Source of the DNA: an uncultured Bacteroidota bacterium
GTDB taxonomy: Bacteria > Bacteroidota > Bacteroidia > AKYH767-A > OLB10
Direction of reading: 5' to 3'
DNA length: 64,000 nt
Assembly: GCA_903881665.1 (NCBI GenBank)
Contig: CAIRUC010000132.1
Location: forward strand, 24,168 to 88,167
Shown here: piece after piece, positions 52,020-62,924 of the stretch
Position numbering within the stretch: position 1 is the stretch's first letter
Layout: each line of letters starts with the position of its first letter
The notes under the pieces: generated by a model
Databases searched by the model: none
What the model was told of the DNA's origin: nothing
What the model saw: the letters and a program-made list of their open reading frames with translations, nothing else
Position numbers and translations under genes: made by a program

Positions 52020-53555
52020 TTAGTTGTTTACTACGTTTCCGATTAATGTGGCTACTGTGCATGAGGTGGCCAACACGTTCACATATTCACCGGGTTTATA
52101 ATTTTCTTTCGGAAAAACGACCACAGCATTCTCACCGTTTCTTCCATAAAGCATTTCTTTTGATTTCTTCGAAGTGCCTTCAATAAGCACTTTGTGCACT
52201 TTGTTTAGTCCAGTAAGGGTATGCGCTTTTGATAATTTTTGTTGCATTTCAACAACTTGCGTTAAGCGACGTGATTTCACTTCTTCTGTTATATCATCAG
52301 GCATCTTTTTCGCTGCGGCTGTTCCCGGACGCTCAGAGTACTTGTACATGTAAGCGTAATTAAATTCGCTCCATTCCATTAATGATAAAGTGTCGTTATG
52401 TTCTTCCTCTGTTTCTCCACAGAAGCCACAAATAATATCGGTTGAAACAGCACATCCAGGAAGAATTCTTCGTATAGCTTCTATTTTTTGCATGTATTGG
52501 TCGCGCGTGTATCCTCTGTTCATCCTTTCAAGCATTCCAGAATTTCCAGCTTGCACAGGAAGATGAATGTATTTACAGAGGTTATCATATTTCGCCATTA
52601 CATGTAAAACAGCATCGGTAATGTCGCGCGGATTACTAGTAGAAAAGCGAATTCTTAACTCAGGATTTATTTGCGCTACCATCTCCATCAAATCGGCAAA
52701 CGTTGTAAATTTCGCTTGCTCATCATCTGGTAATTCATGGTTTAATGCCTTGTGTACGATATCTATTGGGAGATCTTTTTTCTGTCCGCCGCCCCACCAT
52801 AAGTAGGAGTCCACATTTTGTCCTAACAGCGTTACTTCGCGGTAACCGTTTTCAAATAATTCATGTGCTTCTTCAGCAATACTTTTCGGATCACGGCTTC
52901 TTTCTCTTCCACGTGTAAATGGAACCACACAAAAGGCGCACATATTATCGCATCCACGCATAATGGATACGAAAGCAGTAACTCCATTGCTATCGAGACG
53001 TACTGGGCTTATGTCGGCATAGGTTTCTTCTCTCGACAATAAAACGTTTACCGCCTTTTGTCCGCCTTCTACCTGTTCTATTAAGTGAGGAAGATCACGG
53101 TACGAATCAGGGCCTGCCACGATATCGATAAGTTTTTCTTCTTCTAGCAATTGAGATTTGATTCGTTCAGCCATGCAGCCTAAAATACCCACAATTAAGC
53201 CGGGCTTGCTTTTTTTGGCCTTCTTAAAATCATGCAAACGGGCTCTCACCCTCTGCTCTGCATTATCGCGAATTGAACAGGTATTAATAAATACCACATC
53301 TGCTTCATTAACGTCCTTTGTTGTGGTAAATCCTTCACCGGTTAGTATGGACGCAACAACTTCACTGTCAGCAAAATTCATCGCACAGCCATAGCTTTCT
53401 AGAAACAACTTTTTACCGTTGCTGCTTTTAACGCCATCCATCATCACGGCTTCTCCCTGACGTGTTTCGTCAATTACTTTTGAACCTTCATTATGCATTA
53501 TAACAGGAAATTTAGCGCAAAAGTACGAAATTGGGCAGTGGTGACAAAATGACAT
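52020..53555 (-). CDS. miaB: tRNA-i6A37 methylthiotransferase MiaB
   Basis: The N-terminal MTTase is [11 protein letters not shown] and the radical-SAM cluster is CDNMCAFC, followed by a TRAM domain. The true start is probably an internal Met (MHNEG... or MMDG...), shorter than the ORF-track start. Confidence 0.85.
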   Translation of the reverse strand: MSFCHHCPISYFCAKFPVIMHNEGSKVIDETRQGEAVMMDGVKSSNGKKLFLESYGCAMNFADSEVVASILTGEGFTTTKDVNEADVVFINTCSIRDNAEQRVRARLHDFKKAKKSKPGLIVGILGCMAERIKSQLLEEEKLIDIVAGPDSYRDLPHLIEQVEGGQKAVNVLLSREETYADISPVRLDSNGVTAFVSIMRGCDNMCAFCVVPFTRGRERSRDPKSIAEEAHELFENGYREVTLLGQNVDSYLWWGGGQKKDLPIDIVHKALNHELPDDEQAKFTTFADLMEMVAQINPELRIRFSTSNPRDITDAVLHVMAKYDNLCKYIHLPVQAGNSGMLERMNRGYTRDQYMQKIEAIRRILPGCAVSTDIICGFCGETEEEHNDTLSLMEWSEFNYAYMYKYSERPGTAAAKKMPDDITEEVKSRRLTQVVEMQQKLSKAHTLTGLNKVHKVLIEGTSKKSKEMLYGRNGENAVVVFPKENYKPGEYVNVLATSCTVATLIGNVVNN

Positions 53556-54030
53556 ACCCTATTTTCCTGGAAAATATTGGTGGGTGGTTTGAATTCTAAT
53601 AATTAGGTCATTATTATTTTTCTTCGAAAACCGAATAATGAAAAGGAGCACAGCTGCAATCTTAACTGACAAATGATTTACGTTTTACGAAACCAATTGA
53701 AATTATTAAATTAAAGCTAAAAAATAGTGTAATGCGTTGTTATAAAGAAAGCCCATTTATTACAAATAGTCAACAAGTTAAACGTGGAGTAAATATTTTT
53801 AAATAGTGCGCTAAAATGTACACGAATTGAAAAAAACACTGTCAATTTGAGCGCAAGTTGGGCGAAGCACTTTTGCGAACTTTTCAAATAAAAGCCTCCA
53901 TGATATCGAAATTTCGTTATTTTGCCCCGCCGAAGTTTAGTAAAATCCGGGTATTTTACCCATTCTGGTTTACTGGCTTGGAGCGTTAAATATTTCATTA
54001 TCAATCTTGTAAAACAAGTAAATCCATTTC

Positions 54031-56562
54031 ATGGCAGATAATTTAGTGATTGTGGAGTCACCGGCGAAAGCCAAGACGATAGAAGGTTTTTTAGGAAAAG
54101 ACTACCTAGTTAAATCAAGTTACGGACATGTTCGTGATCTGATTAAGAACGATAAAGCCATCGATATTGAAAAAAATTTCGCGCCATTATATGAAGTCAG
54201 CGAAGGCAAGACAAAAGTGGTAGATGAACTAAAGCGTTTAACGAAGAAAGCCAAGACGGTTTGGCTTGCCACCGATGAGGACCGCGAAGGAGAAGCGATT
54301 AGTTGGCATTTATTTGAAACCCTTGATTTAAAGCAAGCAAATACAAAGCGTATTGTTTTTCATGAGATCACGAAGAAAGCGATATTAGAAGCCATTAGTA
54401 AGCCACGCTTTATTGACATGCATTTAGTAGATGCACAGCAAGCTCGTCGCATATTAGATCGATTAGTAGGGTTTGAACTTTCACCCATTTTATGGAAGAA
54501 GGTAAAGCCGTCATTGTCTGCGGGACGTGTACAGTCGGTCTCTGTTCGATTAATAGTTGAGCGCGAACGTGATGTAGAGAATTTCAAATCTCAATCAGCA
54601 TTTCGTGTTATTGCACAATTCCGTGTGAACGATAAATACGGCAATTCTACGTTATTAAAGGCTGAATTGCCCCACCGTTTTCCAAAGCAAGGCGACGCAA
54701 ACGACTTCCTTTCGAAGTTGATAAATGCTGACTTTAAAATTGGCAATTTAGAAGTAAAGCCCGGAAAAAAATCGCCAGCAGCGCCATTTACAACGTCTAC
54801 ACTGCAACAAGAGGCAAGTCGCAAACTCGGATTTTCGGTTTCTCAAACGATGGTAGTTGCACAACGATTGTACGAGAGCGGAAAAATTACATATATGAGA
54901 ACGGATTCAGTAAATCTTTCACAGCTTGCTATAGACGCGGCGAAAGAAGCAATCACTCGTCAGTATGGCAAAGAGTATTCGTATTCTCGTCAGTATAAAA
55001 CAAAATCGGCAAGTGCACAAGAGGCACACGAGGCGATCCGTCCTTCGTACCTCGATCAGCCCACTATAGAAGGTGAAAATGCAGATCGACGATTATACGA
55101 ATTAATTTATAAGCGAACAATTGCTTCGCAGATGGCAGAAGCGCAATTAGAGCGCACCATTGTTACAATTGAAAATAGTAAGACAAAAGACATTTTTAAC
55201 GCTACAGGAGAAGTTATTCGCTTCGACGGATTTTTACGTGTTTATCTTGAGTCGACTGATGACGAAGGGACAGAAGAAAATGAAACCGGATTATTGCCTC
55301 CATTGAAAATCGGTCAAGTTCTCGACCTCGATAATATCACTGCTACACAAAAGTACACATCGCCATCGGCGCGCTATACAGAAGCGAGCTTGGTGAAGAA
55401 GTTAGAAGAGTTAGGAATTGGACGCCCTTCTACATATGCTCCAACAATTTCTACAGTACAAAAAAGAGGATATGTTGTAAAAGAAGATCGCCCGGGGAAA
55501 GAAAGAAATTATACTGTATTGACGCTGAAAAAAGGAAAAATTAGCGTAGAAGAAAAAACAGAAAATTACGGAGCTGAAAAATCGAAAATGTTCCCTACCG
55601 ATATTGGAACTGTTGTAACTGATTTTCTTGCATTAAATTTCCCTGCTATCATGGATTACAATTTCACAGCCACTGTAGAAAAAGAATTTGATGAGATTGC
55701 GCAAGGAAATTTGGAGTGGTCGAAGATGATTAAGAAATTCTACGGCCCATTTCATAAGTTAGTAGAAAGCACAGAAAAAAACAGTGAACGGGCTACAGGA
55801 GAACGGTTATTAGGAACCCATCCGGAGAGTGGAAAGAAAGTAATTGCACGAATTGGTCGATTCGGTCCGTTGGTGCAAATTTCGGGAGAAGGTGAAGACG
55901 ACAAGCCGCAATTTGCGAAGTTAAGATCCGAGCAAAGATTAGAGAGTATAACGTTAGAAGAAGCGCTTGATTTGTTTAAGATGCCGCGCAACCTAGGTCA
56001 ATATGAAGATGCTGATGTAACAATTGGTATTGGGCGATTTGGGCCATATGCAAAGCACCAAAACATTTTTGTTTCATTAGCTAAAACCGATGATCCCTAT
56101 ACCATCGATTTAGACCGATCCATCGAATTAATTGAAGCCAAAAGAAAAGCAGAACGCGAGCGTATTATTAGAGTTTATGCCGAGCGACCAGACGTTCAAG
56201 TGTTAAACGGTAGATGGGGGCCCTATTTATCCATAGGAGATGCTAATTTCAAAATACCAAAAGATAAGGATCCGAATAAACTTACACTTACCGATTGTTT
56301 AGAAATATCTGCAGATGAAAAAAATGCATCGGGAGGAAAATCTCGATTCAAGAAAAAAGGTGCAGCCAGCAAAACAGAAACTACGGTAGCGAAAAAAAGA
56401 CCAGCTAAAAAGGTAGCAGCAAAGAAAGCTCCTGCAAAGAAAACTCCAGCTACAAAGACAGCAGCTAAAACTACTCCTGCAAAGAAAACGGCGGCAAAGA
56501 AAACACCAGCAAAAGTAGCGGCTTCGAAAACGGTAGCAGCTCGTAAAAAAACAAAAAAATAA
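54031..56562 (+). CDS. topA: DNA topoisomerase I with a C-terminal histone-H1-like Lys/Ala/Pro-rich tail
   Basis: Toprim is LVIVESPAKAKTIEGFLG and the active-site region is ITYMRTDS. The last ~75 aa are KK/AKK/PAKK repeats. Confidence 0.9.
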   Translation: MADNLVIVESPAKAKTIEGFLGKDYLVKSSYGHVRDLIKNDKAIDIEKNFAPLYEVSEGKTKVVDELKRLTKKAKTVWLATDEDREGEAISWHLFETLDLKQANTKRIVFHEITKKAILEAISKPRFIDMHLVDAQQARRILDRLVGFELSPILWKKVKPSLSAGRVQSVSVRLIVERERDVENFKSQSAFRVIAQFRVNDKYGNSTLLKAELPHRFPKQGDANDFLSKLINADFKIGNLEVKPGKKSPAAPFTTSTLQQEASRKLGFSVSQTMVVAQRLYESGKITYMRTDSVNLSQLAIDAAKEAITRQYGKEYSYSRQYKTKSASAQEAHEAIRPSYLDQPTIEGENADRRLYELIYKRTIASQMAEAQLERTIVTIENSKTKDIFNATGEVIRFDGFLRVYLESTDDEGTEENETGLLPPLKIGQVLDLDNITATQKYTSPSARYTEASLVKKLEELGIGRPSTYAPTISTVQKRGYVVKEDRPGKERNYTVLTLKKGKISVEEKTENYGAEKSKMFPTDIGTVVTDFLALNFPAIMDYNFTATVEKEFDEIAQGNLEWSKMIKKFYGPFHKLVESTEKNSERATGERLLGTHPESGKKVIARIGRFGPLVQISGEGEDDKPQFAKLRSEQRLESITLEEALDLFKMPRNLGQYEDADVTIGIGRFGPYAKHQNIFVSLAKTDDPYTIDLDRSIELIEAKRKAERERIIRVYAERPDVQVLNGRWGPYLSIGDANFKIPKDKDPNKLTLTDCLEISADEKNASGGKSRFKKKGAASKTETTVAKKRPAKKVAAKKAPAKKTPATKTAAKTTPAKKTAAKKTPAKVAASKTVAARKKTKK

Positions 56563-56585
56563 GATCACTAAAATAAAAATAGACT

Positions 56586-57755
56586 ATGTTGGAAGCCTAT
56601 TTCCGGCCTTTAGAATTATCATTTCTGAGTGAAGAGCAGCCATTGCCTTATGATGCGCTGGGTAATTATGTGCGCATATATCATTCGGAAGGTAATTTTC
56701 CGGCATTTGAAGGGGCGAAAATGGCTATTATCGGAATAGGAGAGGAGCGAGGATCCGTATCAAATAAGGGTTGCTCAAATGGTGCGGATGCTATTCGTGA
56801 AAAATTTTATCGACTTAAACAACATCAGAATCCGCAGTCAATAATCGATTTAGGGAATCTTAAAATCGGACACAGTATAGAAGATACGTATGCTGCAATA
56901 GCAACTGTAGTGAGTGAATTATTACCGTTAAAAGTAATACCCATTATTTTGGGAGGAAGTCAAGATGTTACCTACGGACATTACAACGGGTATAAAAAAC
57001 TTGAGCAGATTATCAATATTGTGAGTGTAGATTCACGGTTCGACTTAGGCAAGCCCGAAGATCCGTGTAACTCAGATACTTTTTTAGGAAAAATAATAAT
57101 AGAACAACCCAATTATCTTTTTAATTTTAGCAATATAGGATATCAGACTTACTTCGTAGGAAATGAAAGTGTGCAGTTAATGAATAAGCTGTTTTTCGAA
57201 ACATACCGTATTGGACAGATCAGGACCGACATAACAGAAGCAGAGCCAATTGTAAGAAATGCTGATTTATTGACAGTAGATATATCAGCTATTCGGCAAA
57301 GTGATGCGCCGGGGAACGCCTTGTCATCGCCAAATGGTTTCACAGGGGAAGAAGTATGTCAAGTTATGATGTATGCGGGGTTAAGTGATAAACTATCAGG
57401 CATTGGGATGTATGAATTCAATCCATCACTTGACCGAGATGGACAAACATCCCATTTGATAGCGCAAATGATTTGGTGTTTTGCCGAGGGTGTAGCTAGT
57501 CGAAAATCGGATGCTCCGTTACAAAATCAACAAAATTACATCACTTACCGAGTCGCAATTAGCGATTTGCAGAACGAGATCATCTTCATCAAGAGCATGA
57601 AAAGCGATCGTTGGTGGATGAAACTGCCGGTTGAACTTTCGAAAAACAGGTACATGAATCAACATTTGATGCCCTGTAGCTATAAAGATTATCAACAAGC
57701 CTGTAGTAACGAAGTTCCTGAAAGATGGTGGAGTGCATTCCATAAGTTGGCCTAA
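56586..57755 (+). CDS. Arginase/formiminoglutamase-fold protein with non-canonical metal-binding motifs
   Basis: The ureohydrolase fold is recognisable. At the canonical motif positions, GGDHS is replaced by GGSQD, DAHxD by DSRFD, and SxDxDxxDP by TVDISAIRQSDAP. Confidence 0.6.
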   Translation: MLEAYFRPLELSFLSEEQPLPYDALGNYVRIYHSEGNFPAFEGAKMAIIGIGEERGSVSNKGCSNGADAIREKFYRLKQHQNPQSIIDLGNLKIGHSIEDTYAAIATVVSELLPLKVIPIILGGSQDVTYGHYNGYKKLEQIINIVSVDSRFDLGKPEDPCNSDTFLGKIIIEQPNYLFNFSNIGYQTYFVGNESVQLMNKLFFETYRIGQIRTDITEAEPIVRNADLLTVDISAIRQSDAPGNALSSPNGFTGEEVCQVMMYAGLSDKLSGIGMYEFNPSLDRDGQTSHLIAQMIWCFAEGVASRKSDAPLQNQQNYITYRVAISDLQNEIIFIKSMKSDRWWMKLPVELSKNRYMNQHLMPCSYKDYQQACSNEVPERWWSAFHKLA

Positions 57756-58084
57756 ACTTGTGCTTTAAAACATTCGAATGATGTCGCTATGGTTTGGATA
57801 TTAGCCCCTTTTTTGTATTTTTAAATTTGATTATCAATTATTTATGCTAAATTCAAAATTGATAACATTGAACGGCTTTGATGTTAATCTAGTTATTATA
57901 TTTGGCCGTGTTTAAAGACGGTAAAATTTAAACTAGTAGAATTGTTTAAAAAAATAGCGATTCACTCGATAAGTTCAAATACCTCAATTGTTGAAAAAAC
58001 ATCTTTCGCAATAGATTTTTGAATTTATGAATAAAATTTACTTACTTTAACCCCCTCAATCAACCGAAAAACCGATAGCACTGT

Positions 58085-59002
58085 ATGAAGAAACTTTTAG
58101 CTGTAATAGCAGCGGGTTGCCTCTCAACGTTAGCCTTAGCACAACAAGACCCACAGTTCAGCCAGAACATGTACAACAGATTATATGTGAACCCTGCTTA
58201 TGCAGGTAGTTCAGAATCGATCTGCGCACATTTACTGTTTAGAAGTCAATGGGTAAATTATGATGGAGCACCTAAGACAGGAGTATTAGCAATAGATGCT
58301 CCATTAGCAAACAACAAAGTAGGTGTTGGTCTTTCTGTAATGACAGATAAGATTGGTGCTGAAAAAACGCTTCAGGGCAAACTTGCAGGTAACTACAAGT
58401 TTAGTTTAGGGCAAGGAAAGTTAGGCGCAGGAATCGATTTAGATTTCATGCAACATCAGATTGATGGAGCTGATTTCAAAGCACCAGATCCATCTATTAC
58501 AGATCCTTCTATTCCAAAGTCATCAGTAAGCGGAACAGCATTTGATGTAGGCGCGGGATTATACTACAATACTGATAAATTGTATATAGGGGTTTCTGCT
58601 AGTCACATGTTAGAAAGCAAAGTTGATTTAGATAATTTTTCAAAAGAATACAAGCGTCACATGTATGGGATGATTGGATATACATTTGAACTTACACCAA
58701 CTGTTGCATTAAAGCCAATGGTATTTGTGAAATCGGTGTCGGGGAATACAACAATGGATTTCAATGTAAATGCTCATTTCAACGAGCGCTTCTGGGTGGG
58801 GGTATCTTATCGTAATGAAGACGCAATCGTAGGGCTATTGGGTATGAACATTTCAGATAAGTTAAAGGTTGGATATTCATACGACTTTACTACTTCAGAT
58901 ATTAAAAATTATAGTGATGGTACGCATGAAATCATGTTAGGATATTGCTTTAATGTTAAAAAGCGTATACCAGTTTCAATCAGAAACGTAAGATTCCTAT
59001 AA
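58085..59002 (+). CDS. porP: Type IX secretion system membrane protein PorP/SprF family
   Basis: 305 aa with a signal peptide and a β-rich profile; the N-terminal motif is QQDPQFSQNMYNRLYVNPAYAG. It sits immediately upstream of gldK-N, as in porP-porKLMN. Confidence 0.75.
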   Translation: MKKLLAVIAAGCLSTLALAQQDPQFSQNMYNRLYVNPAYAGSSESICAHLLFRSQWVNYDGAPKTGVLAIDAPLANNKVGVGLSVMTDKIGAEKTLQGKLAGNYKFSLGQGKLGAGIDLDFMQHQIDGADFKAPDPSITDPSIPKSSVSGTAFDVGAGLYYNTDKLYIGVSASHMLESKVDLDNFSKEYKRHMYGMIGYTFELTPTVALKPMVFVKSVSGNTTMDFNVNAHFNERFWVGVSYRNEDAIVGLLGMNISDKLKVGYSYDFTTSDIKNYSDGTHEIMLGYCFNVKKRIPVSIRNVRFL

Positions 59003-59149
59003 AATTCGGAATAATTCCACTGGAAAAGCAACTTATCTTTGAACGGAACGTATCATCCCTCTGAAATCATGCTGTATAATAATACCTTAAATTCAGCGTT
59101 GAATGATTACGTTTTCGGCATTTCCGGAACCCTAAAGCGAACAAAGCAC

Positions 59150-60451
59150 ATGAAAAACCTGATTATTGCTTCTCTTGCAGTCCTGCTACTAAGTAGCTGC
59201 GGAGGCGGTAACCGCGGACAACTTGTCGGTGTACAAGGAAGAGAAAAATGGTATCAAGCTGATCCTTACGGCATGGTATTCATTCCTCAAGGCTCATTTA
59301 ATATGGGTGCCAGCGACCAAGATGTACCGTATTCTCAGATAGCACAGTCTAAGACCGTGACAGTTCACGCGTTTTATATGGACAACACTGAGATTACCAA
59401 CAATGAGTATCGCCAGTTTGTATATTACGTGCGTGATTCGTTAGCGCATCGTTTACTTGGCGGAGATCATTTATTAGAAGAAGGTGAATACGGTGAGCGT
59501 ATTAATTGGAAAGAAAGACTTAAGTGGGACAACGAAGAAAACGTTGAAACACTTGCTGAGCTATTCCTTCCTGAAAGCGAACGCTATTATCGTCGTAAAG
59601 AAGTGGATTCTAGAAAGTTAAACTTCGAGTACTATTGGATCGACTTGAAAGAGGCTGCTCAGAAAGATTACTCACGTGATCGTGATGCGGGTTCTGCATC
59701 ATTATCAAACCGTCCGCAAGGTCGTACCGACCGTTCGGTTTATATTAAAAAAGAGATTATTAATGTGTATCCTGATACATTATCATGGATTCATGATTAT
59801 ACATTCTCATTTAATGATCCTATTACTAAAGCATATTTTTGGCATCCAGCCTACGATGATTATCCTGTAGTTGGAGTAAATTGGAAACAAGCAACTGCTT
59901 TCTGTGTATGGAGAACTCAATTATTAAATAGTTACCTTGAAGAAGACGGAGAAACGTACGTACAAGATTTCCGTTTGCCTTCAGAAAGTGAGTGGGAATA
60001 TGCATCGCGTGGAGGTTTAGCGAATAACCCATATCCGTGGGGAGGTCCTTATACACGTAATAGTAACGGATGTTTCTTAGCGAACTTTAAGCCATTAAGA
60101 GGTAACTATATTGATGACGGTGGATTTTATACTGTTAAAGTAACATCTTATTTCCCTAATGATTACGGCTTATATTGTATGGCTGGTAACGTTGCGGAAT
60201 GGACAAGCAATGCTTACGACAATTCTGCATATAATTTTATTCACGATTTAAATCCTGATTATCAATATGATGCTAAGGATAACGACACTCCTGAATTAAA
60301 GAAGAAAATCGTTCGTGGGGGATCTTGGAAAGATGTGGGTTACTTCCTTCAAACGGGTACTCGTAATTTCGAATATCAAGATACTGCTAAATCATACATC
60401 GGTTTCAGATGCGTGATGGATTTCTTAGGTCGTGATAAATCTGACTTCTAA
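59150..60451 (+). CDS. gldK: Gliding motility / T9SS lipoprotein GldK (PorK homologue; FGE-sulfatase fold)
   Basis: Lipoprotein signal MKNLIIASLAVLLLSSCGG. The FGE-sulfatase-type C-terminus is RGGSWKD...GFRCV. It is first in the K-L-M-N order. Confidence 0.85.
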   Translation: MKNLIIASLAVLLLSSCGGGNRGQLVGVQGREKWYQADPYGMVFIPQGSFNMGASDQDVPYSQIAQSKTVTVHAFYMDNTEITNNEYRQFVYYVRDSLAHRLLGGDHLLEEGEYGERINWKERLKWDNEENVETLAELFLPESERYYRRKEVDSRKLNFEYYWIDLKEAAQKDYSRDRDAGSASLSNRPQGRTDRSVYIKKEIINVYPDTLSWIHDYTFSFNDPITKAYFWHPAYDDYPVVGVNWKQATAFCVWRTQLLNSYLEEDGETYVQDFRLPSESEWEYASRGGLANNPYPWGGPYTRNSNGCFLANFKPLRGNYIDDGGFYTVKVTSYFPNDYGLYCMAGNVAEWTSNAYDNSAYNFIHDLNPDYQYDAKDNDTPELKKKIVRGGSWKDVGYFLQTGTRNFEYQDTAKSYIGFRCVMDFLGRDKSDF

Positions 60452-60550
60452 TTTACACGAGCGAAAGCTCACCCATTCAATTTGCGAATACTAAACCAAT
60501 TCGCCAAAACAACCATTCATTCAAACTAAACCTAAAAAAAACAGAAAATC

Positions 60551-61216
60551 ATGGGATTCGCACAAATGACCCAAGGAAAAGGCTTCAAGTCATTCATGGC
60601 TAAATTGTACGGCTTGGGTGCAGCAGTCGTAATTCTTGGAGCTCTCTTCAAAATTCAGCACTGGGAAGGTGCAGGTATCATGCTTACAGTTGGACTATTA
60701 ACTGAAGCCGTTATCTTCTTCTTTTCAGCATTTGAACCTCCACACGAAGATGTTGATTGGTCATTAGTATACCCTGAATTAGCAGGCATGCATGATCCGG
60801 CTGCAGATCGTAAAAAAGTAAAATCGGGAGATCCTGTGTCTCAGCAGTTAGACAAAATGTTAACTGAAGCTAAAATTGGCCCTGAATTAATTCAAAGTTT
60901 AGGAGATGGATTAAAATCTTTGAGCGAGAATACGGCTAAAATGGCTACTGTTTCAAACGCGTCTCTTGCAACTGAAGAATATGCAAAGAATGTAGCTGCT
61001 GCTTCGAAAGAAGTAACAGCATTAACTACTTCTTACAAAACTGCTGCCTCAGCTATGGACCACATGAGTTCTAGTCATGAAGCATTAGTTGCTAATTTAA
61101 ACGGCACTGTTGAAGATACTAAGAAATACAAAGAAGAAGTTAGCAAGTTAGCTAAGAATTTATCTTCATTGAATGCCATTTATGGCAATATGTTAACTGC
61201 AATGGGTAATAAATAA
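60551..61216 (+). CDS. gldL: Gliding motility / T9SS protein GldL (PorL homologue)
   Basis: 221 aa. Two N-terminal TM helices (LYGLGAAVVILGALFKIQHWEGAGIML) precede a cytoplasmic coiled region. Confidence 0.8.
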   Translation: MGFAQMTQGKGFKSFMAKLYGLGAAVVILGALFKIQHWEGAGIMLTVGLLTEAVIFFFSAFEPPHEDVDWSLVYPELAGMHDPAADRKKVKSGDPVSQQLDKMLTEAKIGPELIQSLGDGLKSLSENTAKMATVSNASLATEEYAKNVAAASKEVTALTTSYKTAASAMDHMSSSHEALVANLNGTVEDTKKYKEEVSKLAKNLSSLNAIYGNMLTAMGNK

Positions 61217-61276
61217 TTCCTGTTTCACTCACTCCACAATTAATTAATTACTAACCCTTAATCTGGATTAAGCGAA

Positions 61277-62878
61277 ATGGCAGGAAATAACCTATCCCCG
61301 AGGCAGAAGATGATCGGGATGATGTATCTCGTGTTAACAGCATTGTTAGCCTTGAACACATCAAAAGAGATCATAAATGCGTTTGTTACAATCAATGAGA
61401 GTCTGGAGTCTTCGGTAGGTAATATGGTGTCTAAAAATGGATTAGCATATACCACCTTCGAAAAACAGATGGTAAATGATAAGACCAAAACTGAACCTTA
61501 CTATAAGCGTGCTCAGCAAGTGAAAAAGCTAGCATCCGATCTTGATAAATATATTAATGCTTTGAAGGATGAATTAATCCGCGAAACAGATAAGATCGAG
61601 AAAGGAGCTAAGACACGTACATTACGTGAAGTTGAGGCGAAAGACAACTACGACGTGCCTACTCACATGCTATGTGGTGATAAGCAAGATGGTCGTGGTT
61701 TTAAAGCAAGTGCTTTAAAACAATCAATTGATAAATTCAAAAAAGATGTAATTGCAGATCTTGAAGCTAAAGATCAAGCAGAATTTACAAATCGATTGAA
61801 TCAACTTTTTAATACAAAAGATCCTGATCCGAAAAATGCAAATGATAAATTGTTAATTGAGGAAGGAAAGAGATCATGGGAAATGGCTAACTTTTACCAT
61901 AATCCTGTTGTAGCTTCCGTAGCTCAATTAACTAAATTTCAATTGGATCTTAAAAATGCAGAATCTGAAATAGTAAATCATTTATTATCTTCAATTGACG
62001 CTACGAACTTAAAGTTCTCAGATGTTATGCCAAAGGTAGTTGCTCCTACGAGCTATGTGATTATTGGTCAGCAATATGAAGCAGATGTATTCTTAGCTGC
62101 ATACAGCAAAACCTCAGCTCCTGAAATCGTAGTAGGTGGTCAAACACTTCCTGTTGAAGATGGAATGGGTAAATATCGTGCTTCTCCTCGTACTCCGGGT
62201 GAGCAAAAATGGGGAGGTATGATTCGCGTGAAACAACCAGACAATACTTACAAAGAGTATCCGTTTGAATCATCGTTCATTGCTTCTGCACCAAGTGCTT
62301 CTGTTTCGGCTGATAAAATGAACGTAATCTATATAGGAGTTGATAATCCAATTTCTATCTCGGTACCGGGAGTTCCAGCTGAGAAGGTTTCTTTCAATGC
62401 AAAAGGCGTAACCCTTACTCCAGATCCAAAAGGCGGAAAAGGACACTTTACGGCTAAAGCAACTGCTCCTGGCATAGCAACTATTGATGTAGTAGCGGCG
62501 CAAGGCGATAAGAAAATTCCTATGGGAAGTTTTAGTTTCCGTTTAAAAAGGATTCCTGATCCGGTTGCTAAAATCGGTGGAAAGAGAGATGGTTCTATGC
62601 CTAAGGCTCAGTTAGCGGCACAATCGGCGATAATTCCAGTAATGGAAGGATTTGATTTTGATTTGTTCTCTAAAGTGAAATCTTTCAAGATGTCACGTTA
62701 CGGAAAGGGACGCGATCCAGTTGAGAAATCAAGTGAAACTAACGTTTTAACAGGTGACATGTCAGAGATCATCAAACAGAGTCGTCCTGGAGATAAAATA
62801 TTATTCGAATACATTAAGGCAACCATGCCTGATGGAACTACCCGCGATATTAACTCAATCTCTATTACAGTTCAATAA
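61277..62878 (+). CDS. gldM: Gliding motility / T9SS protein GldM (PorM homologue)
   Basis: 533 aa with a single N-terminal TM (MIGMMYLVLTALLALN) and a long periplasmic region. Confidence 0.8.
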   Translation: MAGNNLSPRQKMIGMMYLVLTALLALNTSKEIINAFVTINESLESSVGNMVSKNGLAYTTFEKQMVNDKTKTEPYYKRAQQVKKLASDLDKYINALKDELIRETDKIEKGAKTRTLREVEAKDNYDVPTHMLCGDKQDGRGFKASALKQSIDKFKKDVIADLEAKDQAEFTNRLNQLFNTKDPDPKNANDKLLIEEGKRSWEMANFYHNPVVASVAQLTKFQLDLKNAESEIVNHLLSSIDATNLKFSDVMPKVVAPTSYVIIGQQYEADVFLAAYSKTSAPEIVVGGQTLPVEDGMGKYRASPRTPGEQKWGGMIRVKQPDNTYKEYPFESSFIASAPSASVSADKMNVIYIGVDNPISISVPGVPAEKVSFNAKGVTLTPDPKGGKGHFTAKATAPGIATIDVVAAQGDKKIPMGSFSFRLKRIPDPVAKIGGKRDGSMPKAQLAAQSAIIPVMEGFDFDLFSKVKSFKMSRYGKGRDPVEKSSETNVLTGDMSEIIKQSRPGDKILFEYIKATMPDGTTRDINSISITVQ

Positions 62879-62924
62879 GATTGATTCGGTTGTAACCGGA
62901 TAGCTTCAAATACAGTAAAACATA

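Noticed and set aside
56299-56568. 89-aa Cys/Phe-rich minus-strand ORF
   Set aside because: It is antisense to the Lys/Ala-repeat tail of topA, which makes it a low-complexity artefact.
57820-57880. Fur-box-like palindromes (tttgattatcaatt, aaattgataacattg) upstream of porP
   Set aside because: They match the proteobacterial Fur consensus only partially. Motility/T9SS genes are not expected to be iron-regulated. It is likely chance similarity in AT-rich DNA.
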